Below, one piece after another: positions 9,367 to 17,923 of a stretch of 64,000 nt of DNA. The notes under the pieces are model-generated. The model made no database searches, had not been told where the DNA came from, and saw only the letters and a list, made by a program, of their open reading frames with translations. The stretch's first letter is position 1; every line of letters begins with the position of its first letter. Origin of the DNA: a virus. Position numbers and translations under genes: made by a program. The stretch lies in the IMG/VR virus record IMGVR_UViG_3300033978_000437. One strand, 5' to 3'.

Positions 9367-9720
9367 CTATTTCATAATTGCGGCATAAACTGAAAATGAA
9401 GAAAGCAACACAGTAAGAATCATGCCAGACAAACCTACAACTAACTGTGTTCTAGTGAGCATGCGAGAAGCGGTCATAGAATTGGCATATTGGCTAATTT
9501 GTTCTAAGTCTTTAATCTGACCTTCTAATACTGTCTCTACTTGAGCTAACCGCTGCATAATAGACGGCTGACCATTACCATCTCGTACCAACTTACACAG
9601 GATATGAATGTCCTGACTCATATGATCCACTTTAGCTTCAACTGATGCCACTTGTTGTATTAATCTTTCTTGAGTTAATGCTAAGGCGTGATATTGAGTA
9701 GTTGTCATGCTTCTCGGCAT
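9367..9720 (-). CDS. Small coiled-coil membrane protein (holin/XhlA-like)
   Basis: Coiled coil, VRDGNGQPS motif, single C-terminal TM (LVVGLSGMILTVLLSSFSVYAAIM); alternative ATG at 9708. Confidence 0.45.
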   Translation of the reverse strand: MPRSMTTTQYHALALTQERLIQQVASVEAKVDHMSQDIHILCKLVRDGNGQPSIMQRLAQVETVLEGQIKDLEQISQYANSMTASRMLTRTQLVVGLSGMILTVLLSSFSVYAAIMK

Positions 9721-9749
9721 CCTTGTAAGAGAAGAGAAATAGCTAAGTG

Positions 9750-9986
9750 GCCCCTTGAGATCCCCTTCCTCAAGTCCAGTGCGGAAGCGTTCCGCTGGTA
9801 ACAGTCATAAGGTGCGACTGGAACTCCACCAGCTGGCTGTTTTTCACTTGCCCAGCAATCCTAATGCAAATTGCGGCTATCCTAGCTGCGCTGCATTTCC
9901 TAACCTATCGGCACCTGCGATAAAGCCACTTGGGCTGATTATACCTCTTAAGTAGAGGCAACAGCAAGAGTAGGAAATTTGTTAGG
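9750..9986 (-). ncRNA. Candidate structured, GGA-rich RNA or 5' leader (CsrA-site/CsrB-like)
   Basis: Intergenic with at least six hairpins (+ strand: CTTGAG/CTCAAG 9754-9774, GCGGAA/TTCCGC 9781-9795, CAGTC/GACTG 9802-9820, AATGCA/TGCATT, GCGGCTA/TAGCTGC, CCTCT/AGAGG); 8 minus-strand GGA in 9761-9900. Strand is uncertain. Confidence 0.4.
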
Positions 9987-10712
9987 TTAGCTGGCATCTT
10001 TTTTATCCCATAGCCTTTTTAAAAGTTCCCACAAATCGGATTGTAAGTTCTCTTCCTTGTTCTCTACCATCCACTTTTCTACTTCCTTAGCTGTCTCCAT
10101 CATTCGGTCTAAACGCAAGGCACCTATACTGCGAAGCTCTGACACCAAGGTAAGCAGTAACACCCCAGCAGAAGCCGGCACATAGTCTTCTGTTTTACCT
10201 TTTTTAATCTTTATCTCGTCCTCATCCGCTTTGAAGGAATCTTCAACTGGAAGGTAAGCATCGTCATCAAAGATGATTTCTTCGTCATCATCGTCGTCTT
10301 CTTCGTCGCTACCTTCAACCCCTTCCCTACCTTTGTGCCCTTCGTAATTATGGCACTCCTTGTAGTTCTCCTTGTAGTTCTCCTTATATGTATTATCTGT
10401 AGCCAGTTTGCTTTCCAACGAAGAAAAGAAATCAAGCAGATTTTCCGGTCCTATTAGCTTTACTAGTTCTTCTGCATTGTCTGTATACACATAGCAGCAG
10501 GCAATTTCAGCGTGGGTTACGGAATCAGAGTTTTGGCTTAAAGGTAATAAAGTCGTGTACACGAGGCAAGGATAGGATTCTGGGCTTTTAGGTAACTGTA
10601 TCGACAACGAACTGCCATCTGCAGCCATATTCAATTCAGTTATCATATCTTTCTGATAATGCTGCCACTCTTCTTTATTATGAAGCATAACCGCTTTTTT
10701 AAACTTACTCAT
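9987..10712 (-). CDS. Hypothetical protein with an acidic tract
   Basis: 241 aa; SDEEDDDDDEE tract; KENYKENYKE microrepeat (12-nt unit at about 10356-10386). Confidence 0.7.
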   Translation of the reverse strand: MSKFKKAVMLHNKEEWQHYQKDMITELNMAADGSSLSIQLPKSPESYPCLVYTTLLPLSQNSDSVTHAEIACCYVYTDNAEELVKLIGPENLLDFFSSLESKLATDNTYKENYKENYKECHNYEGHKGREGVEGSDEEDDDDDEEIIFDDDAYLPVEDSFKADEDEIKIKKGKTEDYVPASAGVLLLTLVSELRSIGALRLDRMMETAKEVEKWMVENKEENLQSDLWELLKRLWDKKDAS

Positions 10713-10730
10713 GTAGGTCCTTTCTTTGGT

Positions 10731-10940
10731 TTAACCTTCCGTCCACCCCTGTTTGTAGCCCCACAATCCCACCTCTAACTTAGAGGAAAGATTTAGTTTT
10801 TTACGGATACGTTTAACATAAGTCTTAATTGTTTCATAGCCAAGATTAAGCTTTACTGCAATGTCTTTGTACTTTAAGTTTTTACTGATTAGTATGACTA
10901 TTTCCCGTTCTCGTGCCGTCAACCCTTTGTCTTGCTGCAT
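10731..10940 (-). CDS. Stand-alone LuxR/GerE-type HTH regulator
   Basis: LTAREREIVILISKNLKYKDIAVKLNLGYETIKTYVKRIRKKL. Confidence 0.9.
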   Translation of the reverse strand: MQQDKGLTAREREIVILISKNLKYKDIAVKLNLGYETIKTYVKRIRKKLNLSSKLEVGLWGYKQGWTEG

Positions 10941-10961
10941 GTTTTTACCTTACTATCCTAA

Positions 10962-11738
10962 TTAAAATAAAGTGGTACTATCCATGTATTCGAGCACATC
11001 ATGAGGCGCCGCACTTTTCAGCTCGGTCCAATTCATCACTCGACTGCGAACATCCCTACGCTGTACTCGTTTTTGGTTGGGCAAACATGCTGGGCTAAAC
11101 TTTAACTCCAAAAACTCTAACAGATTCTCTAAGACACCTCGAAAGTCTAAAAGTAACTCATGATAGGGAATAACAGCTCGGTCTGGGCAAAGCCTATTAA
11201 CTTTAGACATAGCTGCAGTGTGGTCCCGCACAAATTGCGTTAGTTCTGCAGGTTCAATGCAAATTGCAGGTAAGCGGTCACTACTACTAATTTCCACATT
11301 ACCCTCCCTTTGCTGCTGCTGTTTCCACGCAACATAACAAGCAATAGGATTACGCACAACATGCACTAAACAGAAATCGCCACGGCGACAACGCTGGTCC
11401 GTATAATCCCACAAATCGTAATGGCGTAAGTGTTCGTAATTGACCTTTACCCCGACGGCCTTTTCGCCATGCAGTATGTTGTCAAAAATCTTGTTATTGA
11501 AGTATTGTTCAACGCTTAGATGGGTGGGATCAAAATGGTCAATGATTTTACCAGTAGTCCCAAAGTACATGGAATGTTCGACTTTTCTAACCTTGTCATC
11601 ATCGTGAAGCAGATCGCCATGACAAACTATGTCAGGGTGTGCAGCTAAAGAAGACTGTAATAAACCATACCCCGAATGCCGATTTCCGATCACCATAAAA
11701 TTAAGAATTTCTGCGTTTTCTCGGTTGTACCAAGCCAT
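10962..11738 (-). CDS. Stf0-like sulfotransferase
   Basis: FMVIGNRHSGYGLLQSSLAAHPDIVCHGDLL (5'-PSB loop, RSGS-like), GVKV, HVVRNPIACYVA (3'-PB), IPYHELL. Confidence 0.7.
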   Translation of the reverse strand: MAWYNRENAEILNFMVIGNRHSGYGLLQSSLAAHPDIVCHGDLLHDDDKVRKVEHSMYFGTTGKIIDHFDPTHLSVEQYFNNKIFDNILHGEKAVGVKVNYEHLRHYDLWDYTDQRCRRGDFCLVHVVRNPIACYVAWKQQQQREGNVEISSSDRLPAICIEPAELTQFVRDHTAAMSKVNRLCPDRAVIPYHELLLDFRGVLENLLEFLELKFSPACLPNQKRVQRRDVRSRVMNWTELKSAAPHDVLEYMDSTTLF

Positions 11739-11817
11739 AAACCCTCCGTGGATTTTACATTGATCATCCTAAAGCAGATGGGTTTGTACCCACTTAAGGG
11801 GACACAGTCAACTAAAT

Positions 11818-12252
11818 TTAATCAATTATTTTTGAGACATACGCTCGCCAGACCCGAGCATAGCACTTACCCCAGCTGCTACGATGGGGCTCTCCAGTTA
11901 CCCCATGTGCTACTTGGTCTAATGCGTGTGCCCACTCATGAAGAAGGGTATCAATAGCCGTAACTGGGGCTAAATTACTGTCTACTTCAATGACAAAACG
12001 AGTTACTTTGCCATTATCATCCAAATAAGCTATGCAGCATCCGCATAGCTTTTCTCTGTTTAGATCTTTACTAATTACTTTGATAGGGCGGGCTATTTTG
12101 CATTCTTTGCGTAACATGCGTAAGACCGCACGAAACTTTGCACCTTGTCCATCTGTTCGCTCAGCCATGTCACCCTCCTTGGCACTTTGGCATAAAACAA
12201 CAGTTACTTCCACGGATGTAGTTGGCGGTAAGCCTTCACCTCTTCCTGACAC
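11818..12252 (-). CDS. Small zincin-like metallopeptidase (likely start 12168)
   Basis: IDTLLHEWAHA (HExxH) plus downstream EPHRSSWG (SprT-like); ATG 12168 follows AAGGAGG. Confidence 0.7.
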   Translation of the reverse strand: MSGRGEGLPPTTSVEVTVVLCQSAKEGDMAERTDGQGAKFRAVLRMLRKECKIARPIKVISKDLNREKLCGCCIAYLDDNGKVTRFVIEVDSNLAPVTAIDTLLHEWAHALDQVAHGVTGEPHRSSWGKCYARVWRAYVSKIID

Positions 12253-12620
12253 TTTTTGTTAGTGATTGTCCAGTTACCCGAATGACCTAGAAAAAAATGA
12301 TGCTTGCGACATAAGGTAATTAAATTATCCGGATCCAGCTCCAACTCGGGATTGTTTTTAAAACTAAAAATATGATGCACATTGAGGTTTTGCGAGCTAC
12401 CGCAAGCTTCACAGCAAGGGTGCGCCTTGATAAATCGCTGGCGCACCGCAGGCCACTTCCCCGAGCGAGGGCCCTCGAATACCGCATGGTCATGCGATAC
12501 CATCTCAGCTTGTTGTTCAACTGGCTCTAGCGGAATTTCCAGTTCATAGAGGGTGGGGAAATTCCCCCACCCCAATAAACAGCCGAAAAACAACAAAAGT
12601 ACTAACCAAAAGAACTTCAT
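12204..12620 (-). CDS. HNH endonuclease with N-terminal signal peptide/TM anchor
   Basis: MKFFWLVLLLFFGCLLGWG hydrophobic leader; CEACG...LNVHH...NLITLCRKHH. Confidence 0.8.
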   Translation of the reverse strand: MKFFWLVLLLFFGCLLGWGNFPTLYELEIPLEPVEQQAEMVSHDHAVFEGPRSGKWPAVRQRFIKAHPCCEACGSSQNLNVHHIFSFKNNPELELDPDNLITLCRKHHFFLGHSGNWTITNKKCQEEVKAYRQLHPWK

Positions 12621-13991
12621 TTACTTGCCCTTCTGGGGAAAACCCACACCCGTGGGCTTCCCCGTGTAACTATTGAGGTTTACCTGCAATCTTGCTACTG
12701 GGCCAGTATCGTGATCCCATACAAAGGCCATAGCACCCCGTTGCTGCCAGTTAAATCCTTTTAATCGATGCCAAGCATTAGGAGGAGTTAAAGCGGGTAA
12801 ATACTCAACGCCAACCCCTTGCTCCTCCATTACTACAGGACTTCCAGTTCCTTTGCGGTGCTGGTCTCCTAAATGCCACTCCCTAAAGCTAGTGTCTGCC
12901 CAGTGCTCACGGCATTCGTGTGCCATCAAGGCAGCCAATCGAATGGACTTAATATGATGCCCATGATCAAACCCAATCAAGTTAGTACCGAAACGATAAA
13001 ACTTATAAGGGCTTGGAGTTACATCTACTGTAACATTATCGTCGTTGCGATAGTAGGCTTTTAACACCTGTCCTAGGCTAAACGAAGCTTGCTGGTCGTG
13101 ATTACCAGAAACTTGAATTACCCTAACCGGAGCTAGTGCCGTAAGCTTGTCCACCATGGTAACTGCAAGCTTAATTGCATTCTCGTACACATGCTGGAAG
13201 GACAGACCTTCTGGCTGAAGTGTTCCCCTCGTGGTGGTGTGCATTGCGTTATCATGGTGGAGGAAGTCATTCCCAAAAGGAAAGACAATCTCTTCAAACT
13301 TACCATACAAGTGGGCTTGGGCTAGCAGCGAGTCAATTGCCCACAGACACATGCGACTGCATTCCTCTAAGCTCCAATTGTGATCGCTTTCACCCTTGTA
13401 GCATTGCATGCCATAGTGCGGATCCATGATCGATACTTCAAGGGCACGACGAGCTTTCTGCTTCTTGTCTTTAGGATATTTAATCTTCAGCGTAATAGGC
13501 GAGTTATCTTCTAGCTGCTGAAGCACACGATCTACCGCCACTCTTTCATCTCGCTTACGCCTTAGCTGTACCTTAATCTGCTTTAGCCCAGTCTTCCAGA
13601 TCCCGCTGGTGGGCTTAGCCCCTGCAACTTCCCAGTTGTTGACGGTGATGCGTTCCACCTCATACAACTCCATGTCAATTCCGGATTTTAAAAGAAGTTC
13701 TTCTGCAGTGTTAATCTGGTCGCCCACGTAATCAACTTCAGTAAATTGACCTCGTTCATTGATAGTTAGTTTTTCTTTGGCAGACTTTGCAATATTCTGA
13801 CCAGGCTTTGGCTTTATGCTGGTCATTGCCCGCATGCGTTCCATTAGCCCAGCTTTTTTAAGCCTTGCACCAACAGTGGAACGATAAGGTATACCTAGTG
13901 CTGTGGCTGTTTTAGCCAAGCTACCACCACAGCTTATTGCCGTATCAAAGATAACTTGAATGGGAATATCATACTTAGGCTTAACTGGCAT
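12621..13991 (-). CDS. Calcineurin-like metallophosphoesterase with N-terminal HTH
   Basis: IMDPHYG, FGNDFLH, VSGNHD, FDHGH, HLGDQH; N-terminal GGSLAKTATALGIPYRSTVGARL HTH. Confidence 0.8.
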   Translation of the reverse strand: MPVKPKYDIPIQVIFDTAISCGGSLAKTATALGIPYRSTVGARLKKAGLMERMRAMTSIKPKPGQNIAKSAKEKLTINERGQFTEVDYVGDQINTAEELLLKSGIDMELYEVERITVNNWEVAGAKPTSGIWKTGLKQIKVQLRRKRDERVAVDRVLQQLEDNSPITLKIKYPKDKKQKARRALEVSIMDPHYGMQCYKGESDHNWSLEECSRMCLWAIDSLLAQAHLYGKFEEIVFPFGNDFLHHDNAMHTTTRGTLQPEGLSFQHVYENAIKLAVTMVDKLTALAPVRVIQVSGNHDQQASFSLGQVLKAYYRNDDNVTVDVTPSPYKFYRFGTNLIGFDHGHHIKSIRLAALMAHECREHWADTSFREWHLGDQHRKGTGSPVVMEEQGVGVEYLPALTPPNAWHRLKGFNWQQRGAMAFVWDHDTGPVARLQVNLNSYTGKPTGVGFPQKGK

Positions 13992-14094
13992 ACAGAGTCC
14001 TCCATGACATTGCGATGCTAGTGAAATTTAGCAAACAGAGCTTATTTGACTTTAAAGAGCGTATGCCGCTTATGTAAATGAATCAAGACATGAT

Positions 14095-14919
14095 TTAATT
14101 AAGCTGCGGAAGTATACCTGTAGGAGCTACTTTTTTTGAAAAACCACCTAGTAGTTTTTTACCATAATGCGCAAGTAAAGGGGTTGCGGCTAGAGCTCCG
14201 TAAGTAGGTAATCCTATAGAAGCACCCCAGCGAGACTGACCAAGTCTTTTTAATAAAGCACCACCTCGCACACTTGCATCTACTTCTGCGGCAAGTAATG
14301 GAATGTGTGCGGAGCTACCAAGCAACGCAGCATTTCTTGAATTGCCCTCGTCACTGGACAACAAAGCTCCCCAAGTACCACCAACAGTACCCAACCTGCT
14401 TGCAATTTGGCCCGACGAAAGATTATTCGGTGATAGTAATTTTTTAGGTGTTAAAGAATGCCCTATTTCGTGTGCAAGGATAGCGGGTGATTCATTTACC
14501 CCAGTCCTTATCAAATTGCTTCTGGTATCATAAGAATAACCTAGATTATTAGATTGAGGTGCAAAGTCTATACCTCTAGATAAAGCCAATCTTTTTAAAG
14601 CTTGCGTAGCCTTCACATTCTCTGGCTTAGGACTAAAATTGAAGAGCTGCGGGTTATTGTGTGCGGCATAATGCTTAGATGGATTTGCATTTCCAGATGT
14701 GGCTTTTTCAAAAGGAGTCATTACTTTGTGTGCATATGCGGTTGTTGCTAAGAGGGGAGTCAGCAACGCAGGAGGGATTCCAAGCCCCCACAAGTAGTCT
14801 AAGCCCCGAGATGCTGGTTTAGCTGAGTCTTCCAAAGTATTAGAAGCAGCAGTCTTTGCCAATGCAATTATCGAGGCATAGTGCGTCATTGTTTGCCCAA
14901 AAGTTGTCAACATTTTCAA
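14095..14919 (-). CDS. Putative virion zinc metallopeptidase with glycine-zipper segments
   Basis: AILAHEIGH plus downstream AEVDASVRG (gluzincin-type third ligand); leader YASIIALAKTAAS; hydrophobic Gly-rich segments. Confidence 0.65.
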   Translation of the reverse strand: MKMLTTFGQTMTHYASIIALAKTAASNTLEDSAKPASRGLDYLWGLGIPPALLTPLLATTAYAHKVMTPFEKATSGNANPSKHYAAHNNPQLFNFSPKPENVKATQALKRLALSRGIDFAPQSNNLGYSYDTRSNLIRTGVNESPAILAHEIGHSLTPKKLLSPNNLSSGQIASRLGTVGGTWGALLSSDEGNSRNAALLGSSAHIPLLAAEVDASVRGGALLKRLGQSRWGASIGLPTYGALAATPLLAHYGKKLLGGFSKKVAPTGILPQLN

Positions 14920-14928
14920 CAGAAAAAC

Positions 14929-15696
14929 TTAGACAGTAGCCCTACCCCGTGTACCCGGATTATATAGTGGGTAGTTTGGATTAGGATAATACGGGTTTAG
15001 CGGAGGAAAGGACGGAGTGTAATTAGGATTTGTGTTAGGCGCGTTATACTGTGTACCAGGGGCTACTGAATCTGGATTGATTTCCATAATTATAGGCGGT
15101 TTCTGGCGTACATAAGGTTGCAGCCCAGTCCCAGGTTTAGCACTTTCTATCACTGTTCTAGATTTATTTACACCAGGGCTTGAGTAATCAGTTGTGGAAT
15201 CAGAGTTGAACGCATCAATACCCCTACGAAACTTATTTAGCACAGCGCCTATTCCACTTTCGGATTCATTGTATCTCTTTTTAGCTGCTTCAATTACATC
15301 GCCTGCGAATGGCAGACCAATTTCTTTGATACCAAGGGCACCAGCACCGCCACCAATTATGCCCGCAGCGGGATTAGCTCTAGTAAAGTCAACTGCCGTT
15401 CTTCCAGCTACTCTAGTTCCCTTGCTTATACCAGAACCTAAACCTTTAAGCCCAGCCCAGCCCATCCCGCCAGCACCATATAATAAATTCCCTAAAAGCT
15501 TTAAAATAGCTTTCTTCTCTATCGATGCTTGCTTCTTCAACCCAAGGTAATAAGCACATGCTTGCTTGTTCCTTGTAGTAGGATACTCTGCAGCTTGCTT
15601 AATCAAGCTGGCAGGATTATAGCGAGCAAGCTCTGCATTTAAAATACGCAAACGATTAGCTTGTTTAATCAATAAATTTGACATGATATCCCTCAT
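14929..15696 (-). CDS. Putative virion protein rich in KQA motifs
   Basis: IKQANR, IKQAAE, NKQACA, KKQASI, EKKAIL, followed by a glycine zipper; Pro/Asn/Tyr-rich tail. Confidence 0.55.
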   Translation of the reverse strand: MRDIMSNLLIKQANRLRILNAELARYNPASLIKQAAEYPTTRNKQACAYYLGLKKQASIEKKAILKLLGNLLYGAGGMGWAGLKGLGSGISKGTRVAGRTAVDFTRANPAAGIIGGGAGALGIKEIGLPFAGDVIEAAKKRYNESESGIGAVLNKFRRGIDAFNSDSTTDYSSPGVNKSRTVIESAKPGTGLQPYVRQKPPIIMEINPDSVAPGTQYNAPNTNPNYTPSFPPLNPYYPNPNYPLYNPGTRGRATV

Positions 15697-15709
15697 AAGA
15701 AACTAAGTA

Positions 15710-15740
15710 GAACCTAGGCTACAAATAAGTGCCTAGGTTC
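15710..15740 (-). terminator. 10-bp hairpin between virion genes
   Basis: GAACCTAGGC-11 nt-GCCTAGGTTC; weak U tract. Confidence 0.4.
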
Positions 15741-15759
15741 AATTCAAGATTGTAACTAA

Positions 15760-17253
15760 TTAAAGTCCTCTGCGTCTTTGTATACGCATCTGCCTATTAT
15801 TTTGCATTGCTTGTAAAGGTGCTCCGCTACCAATTACTGTTTGGCGACCCTGTGGCTGCTGAGGCTGTGATTGCCGGGCTACTTCTTCTTGCCCTGTACT
15901 TCCTGTGCTCCCTGCAGCTCCACTGACAGAATATGTGGGAGCGGTAGGCTCTATGCTCTTCATGTAAGCATCTTCGTCACCTTGCTGCTTCGAGGCATCG
16001 CTGTATCTCTGGCTTTCAGCTATTTGGCTGTCGTAATCATTTTGTGCAGGAGCGGATGCAGCTGCTGGAGATGCCCCATAGGCGGATTGAGATGCAGCGT
16101 AACCTGTGCTTGGAGCCTTAGCCCCACCCATAGCATTACTTGCACTATTAACCGCATTAGCTGTAGTCTTACCAAAATTACTCATGAAGTTGCCTATGCC
16201 GCTAGCTATGTTAGTAGCTTGCTGCCGGCCCGCACTTTGCGCAGCACCTTGGTTTAGTTTCTTCGAGTAAGCTGCTTCCACAGGATCTTCTGTGTAGGAG
16301 GGTTGAGCAGCACCTTGTGCTTTTGCGTAAGCAGCGGAATTTGCAGCAAATGGATCACGGCTAGGCTTTGCTGCAGGAGTAGATTTACCGGTTATATCGT
16401 TGAAGGTGTCTGGGTTAACCGGCTTAGCAGGGCGCTTAGCCGCTCCTTGTACTCCGCTTGCCCCTTGTGCTCCAGTTGCCCCTTGTGCTTTTGCATAAGC
16501 AGCAGAGTTAGCTGCGAATGGATCCGCACTACCTGTGGCTGCAGGTTTAGGAATTACACTTGCTGGAGTTGGCTTAGCTGGAGTTTTAGCTACGGCTTTT
16601 GCAGCAGTGACTGCAGGAGCACCCCCAAAATTACTAGGTACTCTTTCGTTGTCTGCAAACGAAGGTACACCAGACTCTAAAGCATTCGAAGCATTGGAAG
16701 CAGCAATTTGTGCATCTCTAACAGGGTCAGCCGCATTAGGGTTATAACGAAGAGATCCGCTTGGAACTTGAGGGGCAGGTTGTTGCTTTAACGAACCCCC
16801 TGCTGTGAAGCCGTCCCTAGGAAACTTTGGGGCTGCCGCTTCAGTTCGCAGCCCAGGTATGCCATATATAGATTTTTTTTGCGCTGGGTCCATTGGCTTA
16901 GGCGTAGGTAATAACCCAGAAAGATAGTTGCCAGCGCTGCCGGCTGCGTTAGAAATACTGTTACCCAGCCCCGTTAGCCCTAGACTATCACTTATACCGC
17001 CAAACCCTCTCCGAGATGCTGCTGTTGGTGCACTTCTAGCCACATTGCCGAGCTCTTCTATAGATCGCTTTTCAAAAAGCAAAGCAGTGTGCAGCGCTGC
17101 GTATTTCAAACAAGCTTCCTTGCTGTGCCCAGTAGAAGCAGCTTTCAACAACCCTTCGACATTGTAGGTGTCCATTTCTCGCTTTAATGCAACAATATTG
17201 AGTAAATGGTGTGCGGTCTTAATTCGGTGCTGACTTGCTAAACTTCTACGCAT
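15760..17253 (-). CDS. Low-complexity Ala/Gly/Pro-rich putative virion protein with KxA leader
   Basis: IKTAH, LKAAS, SKEAC, LKYAA, EKRSI; internal repeat DPFAANSAAYAKAQGA x2. Confidence 0.55.
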   Translation of the reverse strand: MRRSLASQHRIKTAHHLLNIVALKREMDTYNVEGLLKAASTGHSKEACLKYAALHTALLFEKRSIEELGNVARSAPTAASRRGFGGISDSLGLTGLGNSISNAAGSAGNYLSGLLPTPKPMDPAQKKSIYGIPGLRTEAAAPKFPRDGFTAGGSLKQQPAPQVPSGSLRYNPNAADPVRDAQIAASNASNALESGVPSFADNERVPSNFGGAPAVTAAKAVAKTPAKPTPASVIPKPAATGSADPFAANSAAYAKAQGATGAQGASGVQGAAKRPAKPVNPDTFNDITGKSTPAAKPSRDPFAANSAAYAKAQGAAQPSYTEDPVEAAYSKKLNQGAAQSAGRQQATNIASGIGNFMSNFGKTTANAVNSASNAMGGAKAPSTGYAASQSAYGASPAAASAPAQNDYDSQIAESQRYSDASKQQGDEDAYMKSIEPTAPTYSVSGAAGSTGSTGQEEVARQSQPQQPQGRQTVIGSGAPLQAMQNNRQMRIQRRRGL

Positions 17254-17393
17254 TGTAATGCTCCTTGTTATTTTCTTATGTCATCAACTATTAGTAATAC
17301 CTAATGTTGGTAATCTGTGTCAACAGATTCAGCCTAAGCTGCACTGATATTCTAGCAGCAGCATAGATTGTACCTCTCTACCCTTGTTAGTTG

Positions 17394-17918
17394 CTAGAGC
17401 AGCCAATGCTTATTCGGCTTTTCCCACCAAAAAGTTAAGTCTTCTTTGGAGTCATCGTAGTATCGCCCTACAAAGTCTGACTTGAATTTACTTTTAAAAT
17501 TCTCAAACAAAGTAAGGGTGTATATCTCTTGGGTTAACTTAAGCTGCTTCCTAATTATCTCATGAACTTTGGTGTAGTTACCACCTCGAATAACACCCGC
17601 TTCCACAAGAAGGATTTTCTTGTTTCCGATATCTGCAAGGTTTAAGTAGAACAAAGCTAAGATAGCGTTAACAAACTTGTCATCAAACTCTTCATCAGGG
17701 TAGGGGACATCCACGCCAAACCCCTCACATATTTCGCCGTCGTGAGATAACTGGTGCCTAAGGTACTGAGCAACTACGGAAGAGTAATCTGTGGACACTG
17801 CAACTACGACTGCGTTGGACGCATTTATATTTAACTTAAGTAAGTTGTCTCTGAGCCTATTCATTAGCTGAAGTTCAAGAGGCCAATCTACATGTAGTAT
17901 TTTACGTGTGTTTAACAA
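17394..17918 (-). CDS. Type I phosphoribosyltransferase-like protein
   Basis: KILLVEAGVIRGGNY resembles the PRPP-binding loop (VLLVDDxxxTGxT). Confidence 0.5.
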   Translation of the reverse strand: MLNTRKILHVDWPLELQLMNRLRDNLLKLNINASNAVVVAVSTDYSSVVAQYLRHQLSHDGEICEGFGVDVPYPDEEFDDKFVNAILALFYLNLADIGNKKILLVEAGVIRGGNYTKVHEIIRKQLKLTQEIYTLTLFENFKSKFKSDFVGRYYDDSKEDLTFWWEKPNKHWLL

Positions 17919-17923
17919 CGATT

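Noticed and set aside
9811-9831. Plus-strand hairpin followed by GAACTCC-ACCA, resembling a tmRNA/tRNA-Ala 3' end
   Set aside because: No complementary GGGGTTC 5' strand nearby, and the loop is 9 nt without a TTCRA T-loop.
9755-9955. 66-aa plus-strand ORF
   Set aside because: No SD or recognisable motifs; overlaps the structured element.
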